A program made the translations under genes and the position numbers. This document shows, piece after piece, positions 32,317 to 43,835 of a stretch of DNA of 64,000 nucleotides. Position 1 is the stretch's first letter. Each line of letters starts with the position of its first letter. The DNA comes from an uncultured Chloroflexia bacterium (lineage in GTDB: Bacteria > Chloroflexota > Limnocylindria > Limnocylindrales > CSP1-4): NCBI GenBank assembly GCA_963720755.1, contig CAVRGP010000002.1:352001-416000 (forward strand). Direction: 5' to 3'. Under the pieces are notes generated by a model. It did no database searches. It had not been told where the DNA came from and worked only from the letters and a program-made list of their open reading frames with translations.

Positions 32317-33498
32317 CCGTCTGCCGGACCCGGCCCCGCACCGTGTGACGGACGCGTCGGCCGGCCACCTGCAGTCGCGGCCAGGTCACGGCGAAACCCC
32401 ACATCAGCGCCACCAAGGCGGCGCTGGTGAAGGTGTTCCGAAGCACGCCGCCCGGCTGCAGGGTGAGCAGGGCGAGTCCGAAGATCACGACGGCCTGCGC
32501 ACTGTAGATGAACAGCGAGTTCCGCCCGATCGGTAGCAGAACCGGACCCAGCCAGCGGATGAACTGCGCTTCATTCCGGCGAAGTAGCACATACAGTGCC
32601 CCGAACCACAGCGCCGCAATGGCGATCCCGCCGGGCTCGACACTCCACTTGTCGAACCACGGATTGATCGTCTGCGCCCAGATGGGCAGGGTGAATCGCA
32701 ATTCCAGCAACCATGGTTCGTCGATGTCGGCGTAGGTGGTCATTGCCCAGGAACCGAAGGTCAGAGTGGCGCTGATCAGCACCGTGGTTCCGGCAACCAC
32801 ATACAACAGCGCTTCCAGTGCGCGGGCCGTCCGGGTGGGGAGTTGCCGCGCCCAGGCCTCCAAGGGGCGGAGGTGATACCCCACCACCAGGGCCATAAAG
32901 AAGTAGATCTGCCAGGCGAGGAAGAAGTTGGTCCCCCGAACAAGCCAGACGATCGCCGAAATCGACCAGGACAACAATGGCGAGCCTGTAGCGCAGTGTC
33001 AGGAGTGAAAGCGGCGCCACTGCCACGAACACCGCGTAGGCGATCAGGAAATCCGCCCACCCGTAGTTGTAGTGCAGCGTCAGCGTGAGCTGCAGGAGGT
33101 CCCAGGGTGACGATTCCGTGTCCAGGCCCGGTTTGACACCGGGGTTGCCGGCTGACGCCCGACCCCAGATGGTGAACAGCAGGGCCAGGGTGACCGAGCA
33201 GGCGTACAGCGTCGCGGCGCGCGCCAGGAGCTTGATCGACGCCGGTCCGATGCCCCTCGACCTGCACCTGACGGCCTCGGATATAGCCGACGAGCAGCCC
33301 GGAGATGATGAAGAAGCCTTCGGCCGCCGAGGCCCACAGCTGCCCGCGGCCGGTCACCGGCCCGAACAGGCTCGGGAAGTGGTTGACGTGATCGACGACG
33401 ATGACCAGCAGGAAATAGCCCCGCAGTAGGTCGAATGTCTCGATGCGACTCTCTCTCGGTGGCTTCCCGAGATTCGCACCCATCGATTCATCGACCAT
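32306..33498 (-). CDS. OpgC-domain membrane acyltransferase (frameshifts near 33250 and 32980)
   Basis: DLLRG..L.VIVVDH, SAAEGFFIISG, FFLAWQ, IGRNSLFIY. Confidence 0.7.
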
Positions 33499-33711
33499 GC
33501 ATCGAACTCCTATGACCCGGTATCGACCTGGCGTGTGCTCCAGGCGATGGTTTACCTCAACCGAGAAGTAGTTGAATGATCATCTTATCAGCGTGCTGTC
33601 ACGGCCCTTTCGAGGCGCTGGAGCCTGGCTCGAACGTCACGCAGCTGCGGGTCGCAGCCGTCCGCGGGACTGCGGGAGGGCACTGTCGGTGTCGACCCGC
33701 ACAATGGCCGG

Positions 33712-36700
33712 GTGAGTGAGAAGCGCGGCACGGGCGGGTCCGGGGACGTCGGCGACCCGGCCGCGGCGCTGCGCCGGTTCGACCCGCTGGTGCGGGACTG
33801 GTTTACCGCGTGCCTTCGCCGCGCCGACCGCGGCCCAGGCCGGCGCGTGGGACGCGATCGGCAACGGCGATCACACACTGGTGGTCGCGCCCGACCGGGT
33901 CCGGCAAGACGTTGGCGGCGTTCCTGTCGTCCATCAATGACCTGGTGGCGCGCGGGTTGGCCGGTGAATCGGCCGGGAACGCCGGCGAGCGACTGCACCG
34001 TGCTCTACCTCTCGCCGCTCAAGGCGCTGGCCGTCGACGTCGAACGGAACCTGCGGTCGCCGCTCACCGGGATCGGTGCGGTTGCCGCCCGGCATGGCGT
34101 GTCGCTGCCGGAGATCACCGTGGCGCTCCGGTCCGGGGACACCCCGGCCGGGGATCGACGGGCCTTCGCGCGCGATGGCGCGGACATCCTGATCACCACG
34201 CCGGAGTCGCTGTTCCTGTTGTTGACCAGCCGGGCCCGGGAGATGTTGGCCAACGTCCGGACGGTGATCATCGATGAGGTGCACGCGGTGGCCGGCACCA
34301 AACGTGGCGCCCATCTGGCGGTCTCGCTGGATCGGCTGGACGTGCTGCTGGACCGCCCGGCACAGCGGATCGGCCTGTCGGCCACCGTCCGTCCGGTGCA
34401 GGAGGTGGCCAGGTTCCTGACGGGCGGCCGCCCGGTCCGGGTGGTCCAGCCGCCCTCCACCAAGCAGATCGACGTCGACGTGGTGGTACCCGTGCCCGAC
34501 ATGAGCGCGCTGGGCGCAATGACCGACGACCTCACCGGCAAGGCCGCCGGTGAGGTCAACCGCACCTCGATCTGGCCGCACGTCGAAGAGCGGGTCGTCG
34601 ACCTGATCGAGGCGCACCACTCGACGATCGTGTTCGCCAACTCCCGCCGGCTGGCGGAACGGTTGACAGCACGGCTCAACGAGATCCACGCCGAGCGGGT
34701 GGACGCCCGGGACCTGCGAGCGGAGGCGGAGGAGGCCGGCCCGGCGGCCCAGGTGATGGCCCAATCCGGGACCGCGGCCGGCGCGCCTGCCGTGCTGGCG
34801 AAGGCGCACCACGGATCGGTGTCGCGGGAGCAGCGGGCGCTGATCGAGGACGAACTGAAGACCGGCATTCTGCCCGCGGTGGTGGCCACCTCCTCGTTGG
34901 AGCTCGGCATCGACATGGGGGCGGTCGACCTGGTCATCCAGGTGGAATCACCGCCGTCGGTGGCCAGCGGGCTGCAGCGGATCGGCCGGGCGGGGCACCA
35001 GGTCGGCGCGCCCAGCCACGGGGTGATGTTCCCGAAGTTCCGCGGCGACCTGATCTCGTCCGCGGTGGTCGCCGGCCGGATGCGGACCGGGGCGATCGAG
35101 GCGCTGTCGGTGATCGCCAATCCGCTGGACATCGCGGCGCAGCAGATCGTGGCGATCTGCGCGATGGAACCGATCACCGTGGACGAGGTGCACGACCTGC
35201 TCCGGCGATCGGCTCCGTTCGCCGCCCTGGGTCGCGGCGCGCTGGAGGCGGTGCTGGACATGCTGTCCGGACGGTATCCCAGTGAACAGTTCGCCGAGCT
35301 CCGGCCCAGGCTGACCTGGGATCGAACCACCGGCGTGCTCACCGGGAGGCCCGGGGCGCAACGGCTGGCGGTCACCTCCGGCGGAACCATTCCCGACCGG
35401 GGGCTGTTCGGGGTCTTCCTGGCGACTGCTGCAGATGCCCGGGGCAGTGCCGGTAGGAGGGTCGGCGAGTTGGACGAGGAGATGGTCTACGAGTCGCGGG
35501 TCGGCGATGTCTTCGCGCTCGGGTCCAGCTCCTGGCGGATCATGGACATCACCCGGGACCAGGTGCTGGTGGTCCCCGCTCCCGGACTGCCCGGGCGGCT
35601 GCCGTTCTGGAAGGGCGACACCCTGGGTCGGCCGGCCGAACTGGGCCGGGCGCACGGCGAGTTCATCCGCGAGATCACCTCCACGCTGGGCGAGGTGGCC
35701 GACCGCCGGCTGGCCGAATCCGGGCTGGACGAGTGGGCCCGTCGCAACCTGGTCGACTATCTGATCGAACAGCAGGCCGCCACCGGGGTGGTGCCGGACG
35801 AAAAGACCCTGGTGGTGGAGCGGTTCCGGGACGAGCTGGGAGATTGGCGGATCGTGCTGCACTCGCCGTACGGCGCCGCGGTGCACGCGCCCTGGGCGTT
35901 GGTGATCGCCGCCCGGATGCGGGAACGGTATGGCGTCGATGTCTCGGCGATGCACGCCGACGACGGCATCGTGCTACGGCTGCCCGACGTCGAGTACGAG
36001 GACGGGCCACCGGATTTCACCGAGTTCCTGCTGCTGGACCCGCAGACCCTGGAGGCGGAGGTGACCGCCGAGATCGGCGGGGCGGCCATCTTCGCGGCGC
36101 GTTTCCGGGAATGCGCTGCCCGGGCGCTTTTGCTGCCACGCCGGCAGATCGGCAAACGTCAGCCGCTGTGGCAGCAGCGCCAGCGGGCCACCCAGCTGTT
36201 GGAGGTCGCCGCCGAGTATCCCTCGTTCCCGATCATCGCCGAGGCGGTCCGGGAGTGCCTGTCCGATGTCTTCGATGTTCCAGCGCTGGTCACCCTGATG
36301 CGCGAATTGCAGGCCAGGACGGTGCGAATCGCCGAGGTGACCACCCCTTCACCGTCGCCGTTTGCCTCCTCCTTGCTGTTCGGCTATGTCGCCCAGTTCC
36401 TCTACGAGGGTGATTCGCCGCTGGCCGAACGACGGGCGGCAGCGTTGACCGTCGACCCGACGCTGCTGGCGGAGTTGCTCGGGCACGGCGACGGCCTGGC
36501 GCTGCGGGACCTGCTCGATCCCACCGCGATGGCCGACATCGAGTCCGAGCTGCAGCGCCTCGCGGTCGACAGGCAGGCCAGGTCGGTGGACGAGATCGCC
36601 GACCTGTTGCGGATTCTCGGTCCCTTGACGACGACCGAGATCGATCTCCGCAGCTCGGTACCGGACGTGGCCGCTGCGCTGGCGGCACTCGCTGCCGGAC

Positions 36701-38677
36701 GACGGTTGATCGAGGTGCGGATCGGCGGTGAGGTGTATTGGGCCGATCCGACCGACGCGGCGATCCTGCGGGATGCCCTGGGTACTGCGCTGCCACCGGG
36801 TATCGCCGAATCACTGCTGACGGGGGTCGACGACCCGCTGGGGCGGCTGCTCGGCCGGTACGCGCGCACCCATGGACCGTTCACCGCCGCCGAGCCGGCG
36901 GCCAGGTTCGGGCTCGGGGTGGCGGTGGTCACCGACGGACTCCGCAGGCTGGCCGGGTCGGGCCGGTTGGCCGAGGGCGAGTTCCGGCCGCTCGGATCGC
37001 TCGAGCATCGAGGTGAATCCGGCGGCGGGTCGGAGTTCGTCGACGCCGAAGTGCTCAGGCTGCTCCGGCGCCGGTCGTTGGCTGCGCTCCGCGCCGAGGT
37101 CGAGCCCGTCGAAAAGCAATCCCTGGCAAGGTTTCTGCCGGCCTGGAACGGCATCGGAGTGCGCCGCGGCGCGGATGCCCTGCGCGGCACCGACGGGCTG
37201 CTGCGGGCGGTGGAACAGCTCGCGGGCGCGGTCGTTCCGGCCTCCGCGCTGGAATCGCTGATCCTGCCGGCCCGCATCACGGGCTACAGCCCGGCGATGC
37301 TCGACGAGTTGACCACTGCCGGTGACGTGCTGTGGACAGGTCACGGCTCGCTGGCCGGGGACGACGGCTGGGTCGCGCTGCACCTGACCGACACCGCCGC
37401 ATTGACGATCCCGCTGCCCGCGGCGGACGCGACCATACCGTCGGACCCGGTACACCGGGCCATCCTGGAGATACTGGGCGGCGGCGGGGCCTTCTTCTTC
37501 CGGCCGCTGGTGGACGCGGTCGTCACGCTCGTCGGTGCGGAGCATGCCGGTGACGACGGGCACCCGACCGGTCGACCGAAACCGGCGCTGGACGACGCCG
37601 TGGTGATCGACGCGCTGTGGGACCTGGTGTTCGCCGGCCTGGTCGAGCAGCGACACCCTGGCGCCGCTGCGGGCCCGGCTGCTCGGTGGTCGGTCCACCC
37701 ACAAGTCCCGGGCTCCGGTGCCGCGGGCCCGCCTGCGCGGCAGTTCCGGGCTGGCGATGCTCTCCGCGGGTCGCGGTCGGGGACGTGTTCCGGTCGACGG
37801 TGCCGGCCGGCGCCCGGTGCCGCCGTCGGTGGCCGGTCGTTGGTCACTGGTACCCGATGTCGAGACAGACGCCACCGTCCGGACCCATGCGGCGGCGGAG
37901 GTGCTGCTGGACCGACACGGCATCGTCACCAGGGGTGCGGTGGTGGGCGAGGGGACGGTGGGCGGGTTCGCCGCGGTATACCGGGTGCTGGCCGCGTTGG
38001 AGGAGACCGGCCGGATCCGCCGCGGGTACTTCATCGAGGGGTTGGGTGCGGCGCAGTTCGCGTCCGCCGGCGCCATCGATCGGGTCCGTGCCTTCGCGAC
38101 CCGACCGGACGAGGCCGCTCCCGCCGCGGTCGGTCTGGTGCTGGCCGCGTCCGACCCGGCGAATCCCTACGGTGCGGCCCTGCCGTGGCCGGGGTCGGCA
38201 GGCGGAGGCGAGGTGGAATCGTCCAGAGTCGGCCGGGATGGCGGAGGGTCGGTCGGCGGCGCCACGGATGGCTCGGGACGGCATGCGCCGCTGTCGGACT
38301 CGCGGCCTCCGGGTGCACTCGAGTCGGCCCCGCCCAAGGGCCAGTCGCCGAAGTCCGGGTCAACCGCCGGGGGTGACCGGCACCGGCCGGCCCGGCGCGC
38401 GGGCGCGGTCACGGTGCTCGTCGACGGCGCCGCCGTCCTGTTCGCCGAACGGGGGGGCCGATCACTGCTGGCCTTCACCAGCGACCCGCTCGCGCTCGCC
38501 GCCGCGGCCGAAGCACTGGCCGAGCGGGTCCGGTCCGGCCGGATCGGGTCGATGACCATCACCAAGATCGACGGTGTCGACGCGCTGTCGGCGGGCGGCG
38601 CGGTGGTCGACACCCTGACGGCCGCGGGCTTCACCATGACCCCACGAGGCCTGCGGCTGCGGAGCTCCGCGCGATGA
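33712..38677 (+). CDS. lhr: Lhr ATP-dependent helicase, long form (frameshifts near 33810-33980 and 37645)
   Basis: PTGSGKT, SPLKAL, TTPES, DEVH, HHGS, TSSLELGID, QRIGRAGH, C-terminal RRGYFIEGLG and DPANPYG. Confidence 0.93.
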
Positions 38678-38744
38678 CGGCAACGACTGCGGACCGGGAG
38701 GGGCAGGTGGATCGCAGAGTTCGACGGGGTCGCAGGTCTGGACG

Positions 38745-38812
38745 GGGACGCGGTGTTGGGCTGGGACGCGGTGTTGCGAGCTGGGACGCGGTGTTGGACC
38801 GGGACGCGGTGT
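38745..38812 (+). repeat. Four direct copies of GGGACGCGGTGT (period 18/20/18)
   Basis: Copies start at 38745, 38763, 38783 and 38801. Confidence 0.85.
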
Positions 38813-38841
38813 CTGGCGTTGCCACGTGCGGGCGGTGGACC

Positions 38842-39777
38842 GTGCCCGAGGGTGACACCGTGCTGCGCACGGCGCGGCGGCTGGATCAGGCGTTGGCCGG
38901 TCGCCCGCTGGTGCGGGCGGAGCTGCGGTGGCCGAGCCTGGGGCAGGCTGACCTGACCGGTCGCACGGTCACCGGGGTGGTCGCCTACGGCAAGCACATT
39001 CTCACCAGGATCGCGGCCGCCGAACCGGATGCACCGGGCCCGCGGATCCCGACCGTCCCGGCCGAACCGTTGACCCTGCATTCGCACCTGCGGATGGAAG
39101 GCGGGTGGTACGTGCACGCGCGGGATGCCCAGCCGTGGCCGTCGCCGAACCGGGGCAGTGTCCGGGCCGTGCTGGGCGGCGCGGAGTGGACGGCGGTGGG
39201 GACCTGGCTGGGCTTACTGGACCTGGTCCCGACTGTCGCCGAACGGGACCTCATCGGGCATCTCGGTCCCGACATCATGGCCGATGGCTTCGCGAACGAG
39301 GGGGCGGCGGAGGCGATCCGGCGGCTGACGGTCGACCCGGCGCGGGAGGTTGGCGCGGCGCTGCTCGACCAGACCACGGTGGCCGGTATCGGCACCATGT
39401 ACATGGCGGAGTCGCTGTTCGTGCAGAAGACATCCCCCTGGGCGCCCGTCGCGGAGGTCGACCTCGCCGCGCTGCTGGCGACTGCACGGCGGCAACTTCT
39501 CCGCGGTGCAACACAGGCCTCGCCGATCACCACCGGCAACCCCCGCCGCGGCCTGGACACCTGGGTGCACGGCCGGTCGGGTCACCCGTGTCAGCGGTGT
39601 GGCACCACGGTACGGGTGGCCATGATCGGCCCGCCGCTCAAGGAGCGGACCGCCTTCTACTGCCCCCGCTGCCAACCCGGCCCGACCCCCACCGACAACG
39701 GGAAACCGCAGAACCCGCTCGGCACGACCCCGCCGGCGCGGTACAACCGGCGCGGCAGCGGTGACCGGCGGCGGTGA
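38842..39777 (+). CDS. nei: Fpg/Nei-family DNA glycosylase/AP lyase (Nei2-like)
   Basis: N-terminal PEG, GKH, HLRMEG, LLDQ..VAGIG, CQRC...CPRCQ zinc finger. Confidence 0.9.
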   Translation: MPEGDTVLRTARRLDQALAGRPLVRAELRWPSLGQADLTGRTVTGVVAYGKHILTRIAAAEPDAPGPRIPTVPAEPLTLHSHLRMEGGWYVHARDAQPWPSPNRGSVRAVLGGAEWTAVGTWLGLLDLVPTVAERDLIGHLGPDIMADGFANEGAAEAIRRLTVDPAREVGAALLDQTTVAGIGTMYMAESLFVQKTSPWAPVAEVDLAALLATARRQLLRGATQASPITTGNPRRGLDTWVHGRSGHPCQRCGTTVRVAMIGPPLKERTAFYCPRCQPGPTPTDNGKPQNPLGTTPPARYNRRGSGDRRR

Positions 39778-39858
39778 CCGTCCGGAGCATCAGCGAAGAG
39801 TTGCTCGGACCGGCCCAGGCACAGGGTCGGCTCCCGCGTCGCCGGGTTCGGCGCGATC

Positions 39859-41151
39859 TCAGATCGGCGTCACCGCCGCCCGTTCCGGATTGCCCGTTTT
39901 GGCCTTCGCGACCCGCACCCGCTGCCGGTCCAGGTAGTCCATCACCGGCGCTGCGGTGACGCCGTGGATCAGCACGGAGCCGATCACCACCAGGCAGATG
40001 ATCCGCCACAGCGCGTCCTGCTCGGGGAAGTTGCCGTGGGTGATCGCGTAAGCGATGTAGAACAACGAACCGATGCCGCGGACGCCGAAGAACGCGATGA
40101 CCCGGCGTTCGCGAGGCCCGGTTTTGCCGCGGGCCAGCCCGATCAGCCCCGAAACGGGTCGGACGACCAGGATCAGCAGCAGGACGACCAACACCTCCTG
40201 CCAGCGCAAGCCATTGAGCACGCCGGACACCGCGGCCCCGCCGAGCAGGATGAGGATCGCGACGGTGAGCAGCCGTTCCAACTGCTCCACATACTGGTGC
40301 ATGACCTGGTGGTAGGTGTGCGCTCGCTCGCCGGCCCGGATCGTGCAGGCGCACACGAACACCGCGACGAAGCCGTAGCCGTTGATCAACTCGGTGAAGC
40401 CGTACGTCAGGAAGGTCGCGGCCAATGCGACGAAACCCCCAGTGCTGCGCCCCAGGCGCAGCCGTCGTGACAATGCGCCGAAGATCAGCGTGCGCAGCAG
40501 CCAACCGACCGCAAGCCCGGCCAGCACGCCCGCCGCCAGTCGCCACACCACGTCCAGGGCCAGCCACTGCAGGAACCAGTCCGACGGGGCCGGCCCGACC
40601 AGGCTGATGGCGATCGCCGCGTAGACGAAAGGAAACGCCAGGCCGTCGTTCAGGCCGGCCTCAGAGGTCAACGCCTGGCGGGCCTCGTCGTCGACCTGGT
40701 CGGGCCCTTCGGTGGGTTCGGCGACCTGCACCTCGGTGGCCAACACCGGGTCGGTGGGAGCAACGGCGGCGGCCAGCAGAGCCGCGGCTGCGACGCCGAA
40801 ACCCAACAGGGCAGAGCCGAGCAGGCCGGCAGCGAGCATGGTCAGCGGCATGGCAATGCTCAGGAGCCGCCAGGTCGTCGACCAGCGCCGCCAACCGATG
40901 GGCCGGTTCAGGGCCAAGCCGGCCCCCATCAGCGAGATGATCACGCACACCTCGGTCAGGTGCAGAGTGAATTCGAGATGCTGACGGGGATCGGGGTCCG
41001 GCAGCGGGCCGATCACACTGAACGCCAGCGCTCCCGCGGCAAGAAAGATCATCGGCAGCGAAATCGGGGCGTGCCGGAGCAATCGGGGCAGCAACGCCGC
41101 CAGCAGGGTGGTGACCCCGATGGCAGCGAAGATCAGCGCGGGTTTGTCCAT
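39859..41151 (-). CDS. CPA1/NhaP-type cation:proton antiporter
   Basis: APTDPVLA, SEAGLNDG, FFGVRGIGSLFY. Confidence 0.88.
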   Translation of the reverse strand: MDKPALIFAAIGVTTLLAALLPRLLRHAPISLPMIFLAAGALAFSVIGPLPDPDPRQHLEFTLHLTEVCVIISLMGAGLALNRPIGWRRWSTTWRLLSIAMPLTMLAAGLLGSALLGFGVAAAALLAAAVAPTDPVLATEVQVAEPTEGPDQVDDEARQALTSEAGLNDGLAFPFVYAAIAISLVGPAPSDWFLQWLALDVVWRLAAGVLAGLAVGWLLRTLIFGALSRRLRLGRSTGGFVALAATFLTYGFTELINGYGFVAVFVCACTIRAGERAHTYHQVMHQYVEQLERLLTVAILILLGGAAVSGVLNGLRWQEVLVVLLLILVVRPVSGLIGLARGKTGPRERRVIAFFGVRGIGSLFYIAYAITHGNFPEQDALWRIICLVVIGSVLIHGVTAAPVMDYLDRQRVRVAKAKTGNPERAAVTPI

Positions 41152-41401
41152 CAGTGCGTACCGGGCGGTGTGGTGCGGCCGCCGGCGGGGATGCACAACC
41201 GGGTCCGGGACCGGGCAAGCGAGCTGAGCAAACCGGCATGATCACGGCAGGGCAGAACATTCATGATCGGGTAGTACCCAGCGGCCGTCCCGGCGCCGCG
41301 TTATCGGCTGTCAGCGCAATTCTGCCCAGCCCCGCGGCTGAGCCGGCCTGCTGATCGACTTCGCGGGCGGCGTTGTCGCAACCGGCACCCCGCGCTGCCG
41401 G

Positions 41402-41575
41402 TCAGGCGGGGACGGCGGGCACATTGCCCGGGTCGTCAGGTCCGGGCATCGGTTCGATCGGCGCGGGCGGCAGGGTCTCGGGAGTGTCCGGCAGCAGTTC
41501 GCCGGGGTCGTCGGGGACCGGCTCGGCGGGGTCGATCGGCGGGTAGTTGTCCGGGTCCGGCCCTGGTTGCACCAT
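41402..41575 (-). CDS. 57-aa acidic Pro-rich small protein (not in ORF track)
   Basis: GGAGG RBS; MVQPGPDPDNYPPIDPAEPVPDDPGELLPDTPETLPPAPIEPMPGPDDPGNVPAVPA; GC-rich third positions. Confidence 0.65.
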   Translation of the reverse strand: MVQPGPDPDNYPPIDPAEPVPDDPGELLPDTPETLPPAPIEPMPGPDDPGNVPAVPA

Positions 41576-41868
41576 GCCTCCACTACTACCGTGCCCGGGT
41601 CGCCATCGCTACGGCGGCCCCCGCTTGGCGCGTGCAGGAGCCTCGTCCGACGACGTCGTGAGGCGCCCCTGTCACGACCGGCGCTGTCCTTGGCGCATTT
41701 GCTCCGGGGGTTGTTGGTTCCGGCCGGAGCGTGCCCAGCGCCGCGGTGATCACCGGTCAGCGGCGGGGCCTGCCAGGACCGATGATGTTCGGGCGACGCC
41801 CGCCTCGCGTTTCACCACTGGGGGCTGCTGCGCTGTCACATCAAGCGATGAACTGTCACGTCAGGGGG

Positions 41869-42909
41869 ATGCTCATGGGGTTCGCGCGCTGGTTCCGGTT
41901 GAGCGTCGGCTTGTTGCTCGTGGTGGTTCCACTCTGGGTGCTGTTCAGCCAGCTGGATGCCATCTGGAACGGTCACCCCGCCTACCCGACGACGCTGTTG
42001 GTGACGGTCGCCGCCGGCCTGACCATCGCCGCGCTCGCCTTGTGGCCGTGGCGCCGGGACCCGGAACCGGACGGCCCGCCATGGGAAGCGGACCTGGACG
42101 GGGATGAACGGATCGGGCTGTTCGCCGGACCGGCCCACCCGCCTGCCCGCAAGGGCGCTGGTTGGCGGATCGTCGGCCGGATCGTCGCCGGCATCGTCAC
42201 GGTGGTCTGGCTCGGCATTCTGGTGTGGCTGCAACCGTTCCCGGCTGGTCCGACCGCGCTGGCGGCGCTGACCAGCGACGCGATCGTCACTGTCACCGAC
42301 CGTCCCACCAGCATCGAACTGGCACCGGTCGCGGCGAAGGAACCGTCGGTCGGGCTGGTGTTCTCACCCGGCGCCAGGGTCGATGCCCGCGCGTCGGCCG
42401 CAGTCCTCCGGCCGGTGGCCGAGGCCGGCTACCTGGTCGTCATCCTGAAGGAGCCTTTCGGCTTGGCCATCACCCAGATCGGCCAATCAGCCGGCCCCAT
42501 CGCCGACCATCCCGAGATCCGGAGTTGGGCGGTCGGTGGCCATTCGCTGGGCGGCGTCAGTGCGGCCTGGTTCGCGGCCGACAACCTCGACACCGTGTCG
42601 GGGTTGCTGCTGTACGCCTCGTTCCCGAACGACGATATGTCCGGTGACGTCGGCCTGCAGGTGGCGTCCATCTTCGGCAGCAACGACGGCCTGGCGACCC
42701 CCGCCGACATCGAGAGATCGAAGGCGTTGCTGCCGCCGGACACCGTGTTCACCGAAATCGACGGGGGAGTGCACGCCTTCTTCGCCGACTACGGGGCGCA
42801 ACCCGGTGATGGGGAGCCCGGAGTCGACCGGGCCACCGCGACGGCGCAGATCTCCGCGGCCAGCATCGCTTTCATGGACCGGTTGTCAGCCGCGGGAACC
42901 GGGCCGTGA
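41869..42909 (+). CDS. Membrane-anchored alpha/beta hydrolase
   Basis: Three N-terminal TM segments, PGARV, GHSLGG, DG, GGVHAFF. Confidence 0.82.
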   Translation: MLMGFARWFRLSVGLLLVVVPLWVLFSQLDAIWNGHPAYPTTLLVTVAAGLTIAALALWPWRRDPEPDGPPWEADLDGDERIGLFAGPAHPPARKGAGWRIVGRIVAGIVTVVWLGILVWLQPFPAGPTALAALTSDAIVTVTDRPTSIELAPVAAKEPSVGLVFSPGARVDARASAAVLRPVAEAGYLVVILKEPFGLAITQIGQSAGPIADHPEIRSWAVGGHSLGGVSAAWFAADNLDTVSGLLLYASFPNDDMSGDVGLQVASIFGSNDGLATPADIERSKALLPPDTVFTEIDGGVHAFFADYGAQPGDGEPGVDRATATAQISAASIAFMDRLSAAGTGP

Positions 42910-43007
42910 CGTCACGGCGGCCGGGGTCCCGGACGCCGACTGCACGGTACGCCGACGATGCCGCAGCCTCAGCGGTTCTCGTCAGGATCGTCGCTGGCGC
43001 AGGGTGA

Positions 43008-43835
43008 TCACCGCGCCAGCTGGGTGATGCTGTGCACCGCCGTGGCCACTCCCACCACGAGTACCAGCACCGCAAAACCGTTGCGCAGCAGCTCCGGACG
43101 AACCCGGGTGGCCAGTCGCCCGCCCAGCAACCCACCGGCCACCGACACAGCGGCGAAGACGCCAACCAGGAGCCAGTCGATGTCCGCGCCGATGGTCGGC
43201 AACCGGACCCCGAGGGATACGGCGCTGTTGATCGCGATGACCAGCAGCGAGGTGCCGACCGCCGCCGCCATCGGGAAGTCCAATGCCAACACCAGGGCCG
43301 GCACCACCAGGAACCCGCCGCCCACCCCGAAGAACCCGGTGACCAGACCCACGGCCAGCGCTGCGACGAGCACCTTTGCCGCTCGCGGGCAGGCGCACAC
43401 GAACCGCGGGGAGAACGAGATGATCGGCACGTCGAACGGCAGTGGGTCTTCCATGACCGCCCCGCCGACCCGCGCCGCCGTGCGGCCCTTGATGAGCATC
43501 AGCGCCCCCACCGTGAGCATCAGGGCGGCGAATGCGGTCATCAGGACGTCCGCCGGTACAGCGAGGGAAAGGGTCGTCCCGGCGACCGCGCCGACGGCGC
43601 CGAGGACACCGAAAACGGCCCCCTGCGCGACACGAACCCGCCCACTGCGGTGCGCAGCGAGCGTCGCCGCGGCCGCGGTGACGCCCACGATGATCAGTGA
43701 GGCGGTGGTCGCCGCGGTGGGGTCCATGCCGATCAGGAACACCAGCACCGGCACGGTGAGGATCGACCCACCCCCGCCGAGGGCGCCCATGGTGAGCCCG
43801 ATCAGCAATCCGACCGGGACAGCCGCGAACAGCAT
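43008..43835 (-). CDS. TauE/SafE sulfite exporter
   Basis: GALGGGGSILTVP, GFFGVGGGFLVVP, AVGTSL. Confidence 0.9.
   Translation of the reverse strand: MLFAAVPVGLLIGLTMGALGGGGSILTVPVLVFLIGMDPTAATTASLIIVGVTAAAATLAAHRSGRVRVAQGAVFGVLGAVGAVAGTTLSLAVPADVLMTAFAALMLTVGALMLIKGRTAARVGGAVMEDPLPFDVPIISFSPRFVCACPRAAKVLVAALAVGLVTGFFGVGGGFLVVPALVLALDFPMAAAVGTSLLVIAINSAVSLGVRLPTIGADIDWLLVGVFAAVSVAGGLLGGRLATRVRPELLRNGFAVLVLVVGVATAVHSITQLAR

Noticed and set aside
38745-38812. Possible mini CRISPR array
   Set aside because: Repeats of 12 bp with 6-8 bp linkers are far too short, and there are no cas genes
38674-38841. N-terminal extension of Nei
   Set aside because: Nei needs an N-terminal Pro (PEG), so the start is 38842 and the repeat region is non-coding
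41833-41862. CTGTCAC direct repeat as ECF41 promoter or MtrA/GlnR box
   Set aside because: Spacing fits neither motif as I recall them; too weak to call
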